IMG/VR virus record: IMGVR_UViG_3300045988_179760 | Length of the DNA: 64,000 nt | Direction: 5' to 3' (one strand) | Source of the DNA: a virus | Part shown: positions 63,996 to 64,000 of the stretch, piece by piece | Layout of the letters: each line of letters starts with the position of its first letter | Position numbering within the stretch: the stretch's first letter is position 1 | Notes under the pieces: model-generated | What the model was told of the DNA's origin: nothing | The model's input: the letters and a program-made list of their open reading frames with translations, nothing else | Database searches by the model: none | Position numbers and translations under genes: made by a program

Positions 63996-64000
63996 ATTGG

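Overview
High-GC Gram-positive (Actinobacteria, Bifidobacterium-like) DNA with the architecture of a large conjugative plasmid or ICE rather than core chromosome. The window reads, left to right, as follows. (1) 0.4-16.6 kb: a leading-region-like array of about 35 small genes, almost all on the minus strand. It includes a DnaQ-like exonuclease, a GNAT, a Lar-like Zn-ribbon protein, an Xis-type HTH, two HEAT-repeat paralogs, and acidic paralogs. Nearly every transcription unit is preceded by the same ~23-bp promoter-like motif (core TATACTGGAATTGTTCACACAAA on the coding strand). I count 16 minus-strand and 3 plus-strand copies across the window. An IS605-family TnpB gene is inserted antisense into this array at 7.7-9.2 kb. 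(2) 16.8-18.0 kb: an AAA/DUF4143-type ATPase. (3) 18.0-23.1 kb: a complete diversity-generating retroelement (DGR). It comprises a DGR-type reverse transcriptase, a 153-bp template repeat (TR), an Avd-like gene, and a surface lectin-like target gene. The target's C-terminal variable repeat (VR) differs from TR at 22 positions, all at TR adenines. A GC hairpin follows the VR. (4) 23.1-31.3 kb: a sortase-dependent pilus locus with a 1796-aa RCC1-repeat tip adhesin, a class C sortase and a major pilin. (5) 31.5-37.2 kb: a frameshifted flotillin, a DnaB helicase and a ParB-nuclease-domain protein. (6) 37.3-42.2 kb: plus-strand small genes, an AAA ATPase and a Rep-like gene. (7) 42.4-43.1 kb: an unusual ~650-bp A+C-rich tract with extreme strand asymmetry. 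(8) 43.1-54.1 kb: a DNA-transfer-like module with a CpaE/ParA-like ATPase, an 886-aa FtsK/VirD4-like ATPase, small TM proteins and a 1318-aa polytopic protein. (9) 54.3-57.1 kb: a theta-replicon and partition unit with ParA, an RHH ParG-like protein, RepA, three 22-bp iterons and an AT-rich origin. (10) 57.3-62.6 kb: secreted and membrane proteins including a DUF1524/HNH-like nuclease. (11) 62.9-64.0 kb: a second, unrelated TnpB. Many long antisense ORFs in the six-frame track are GC-driven artefacts.
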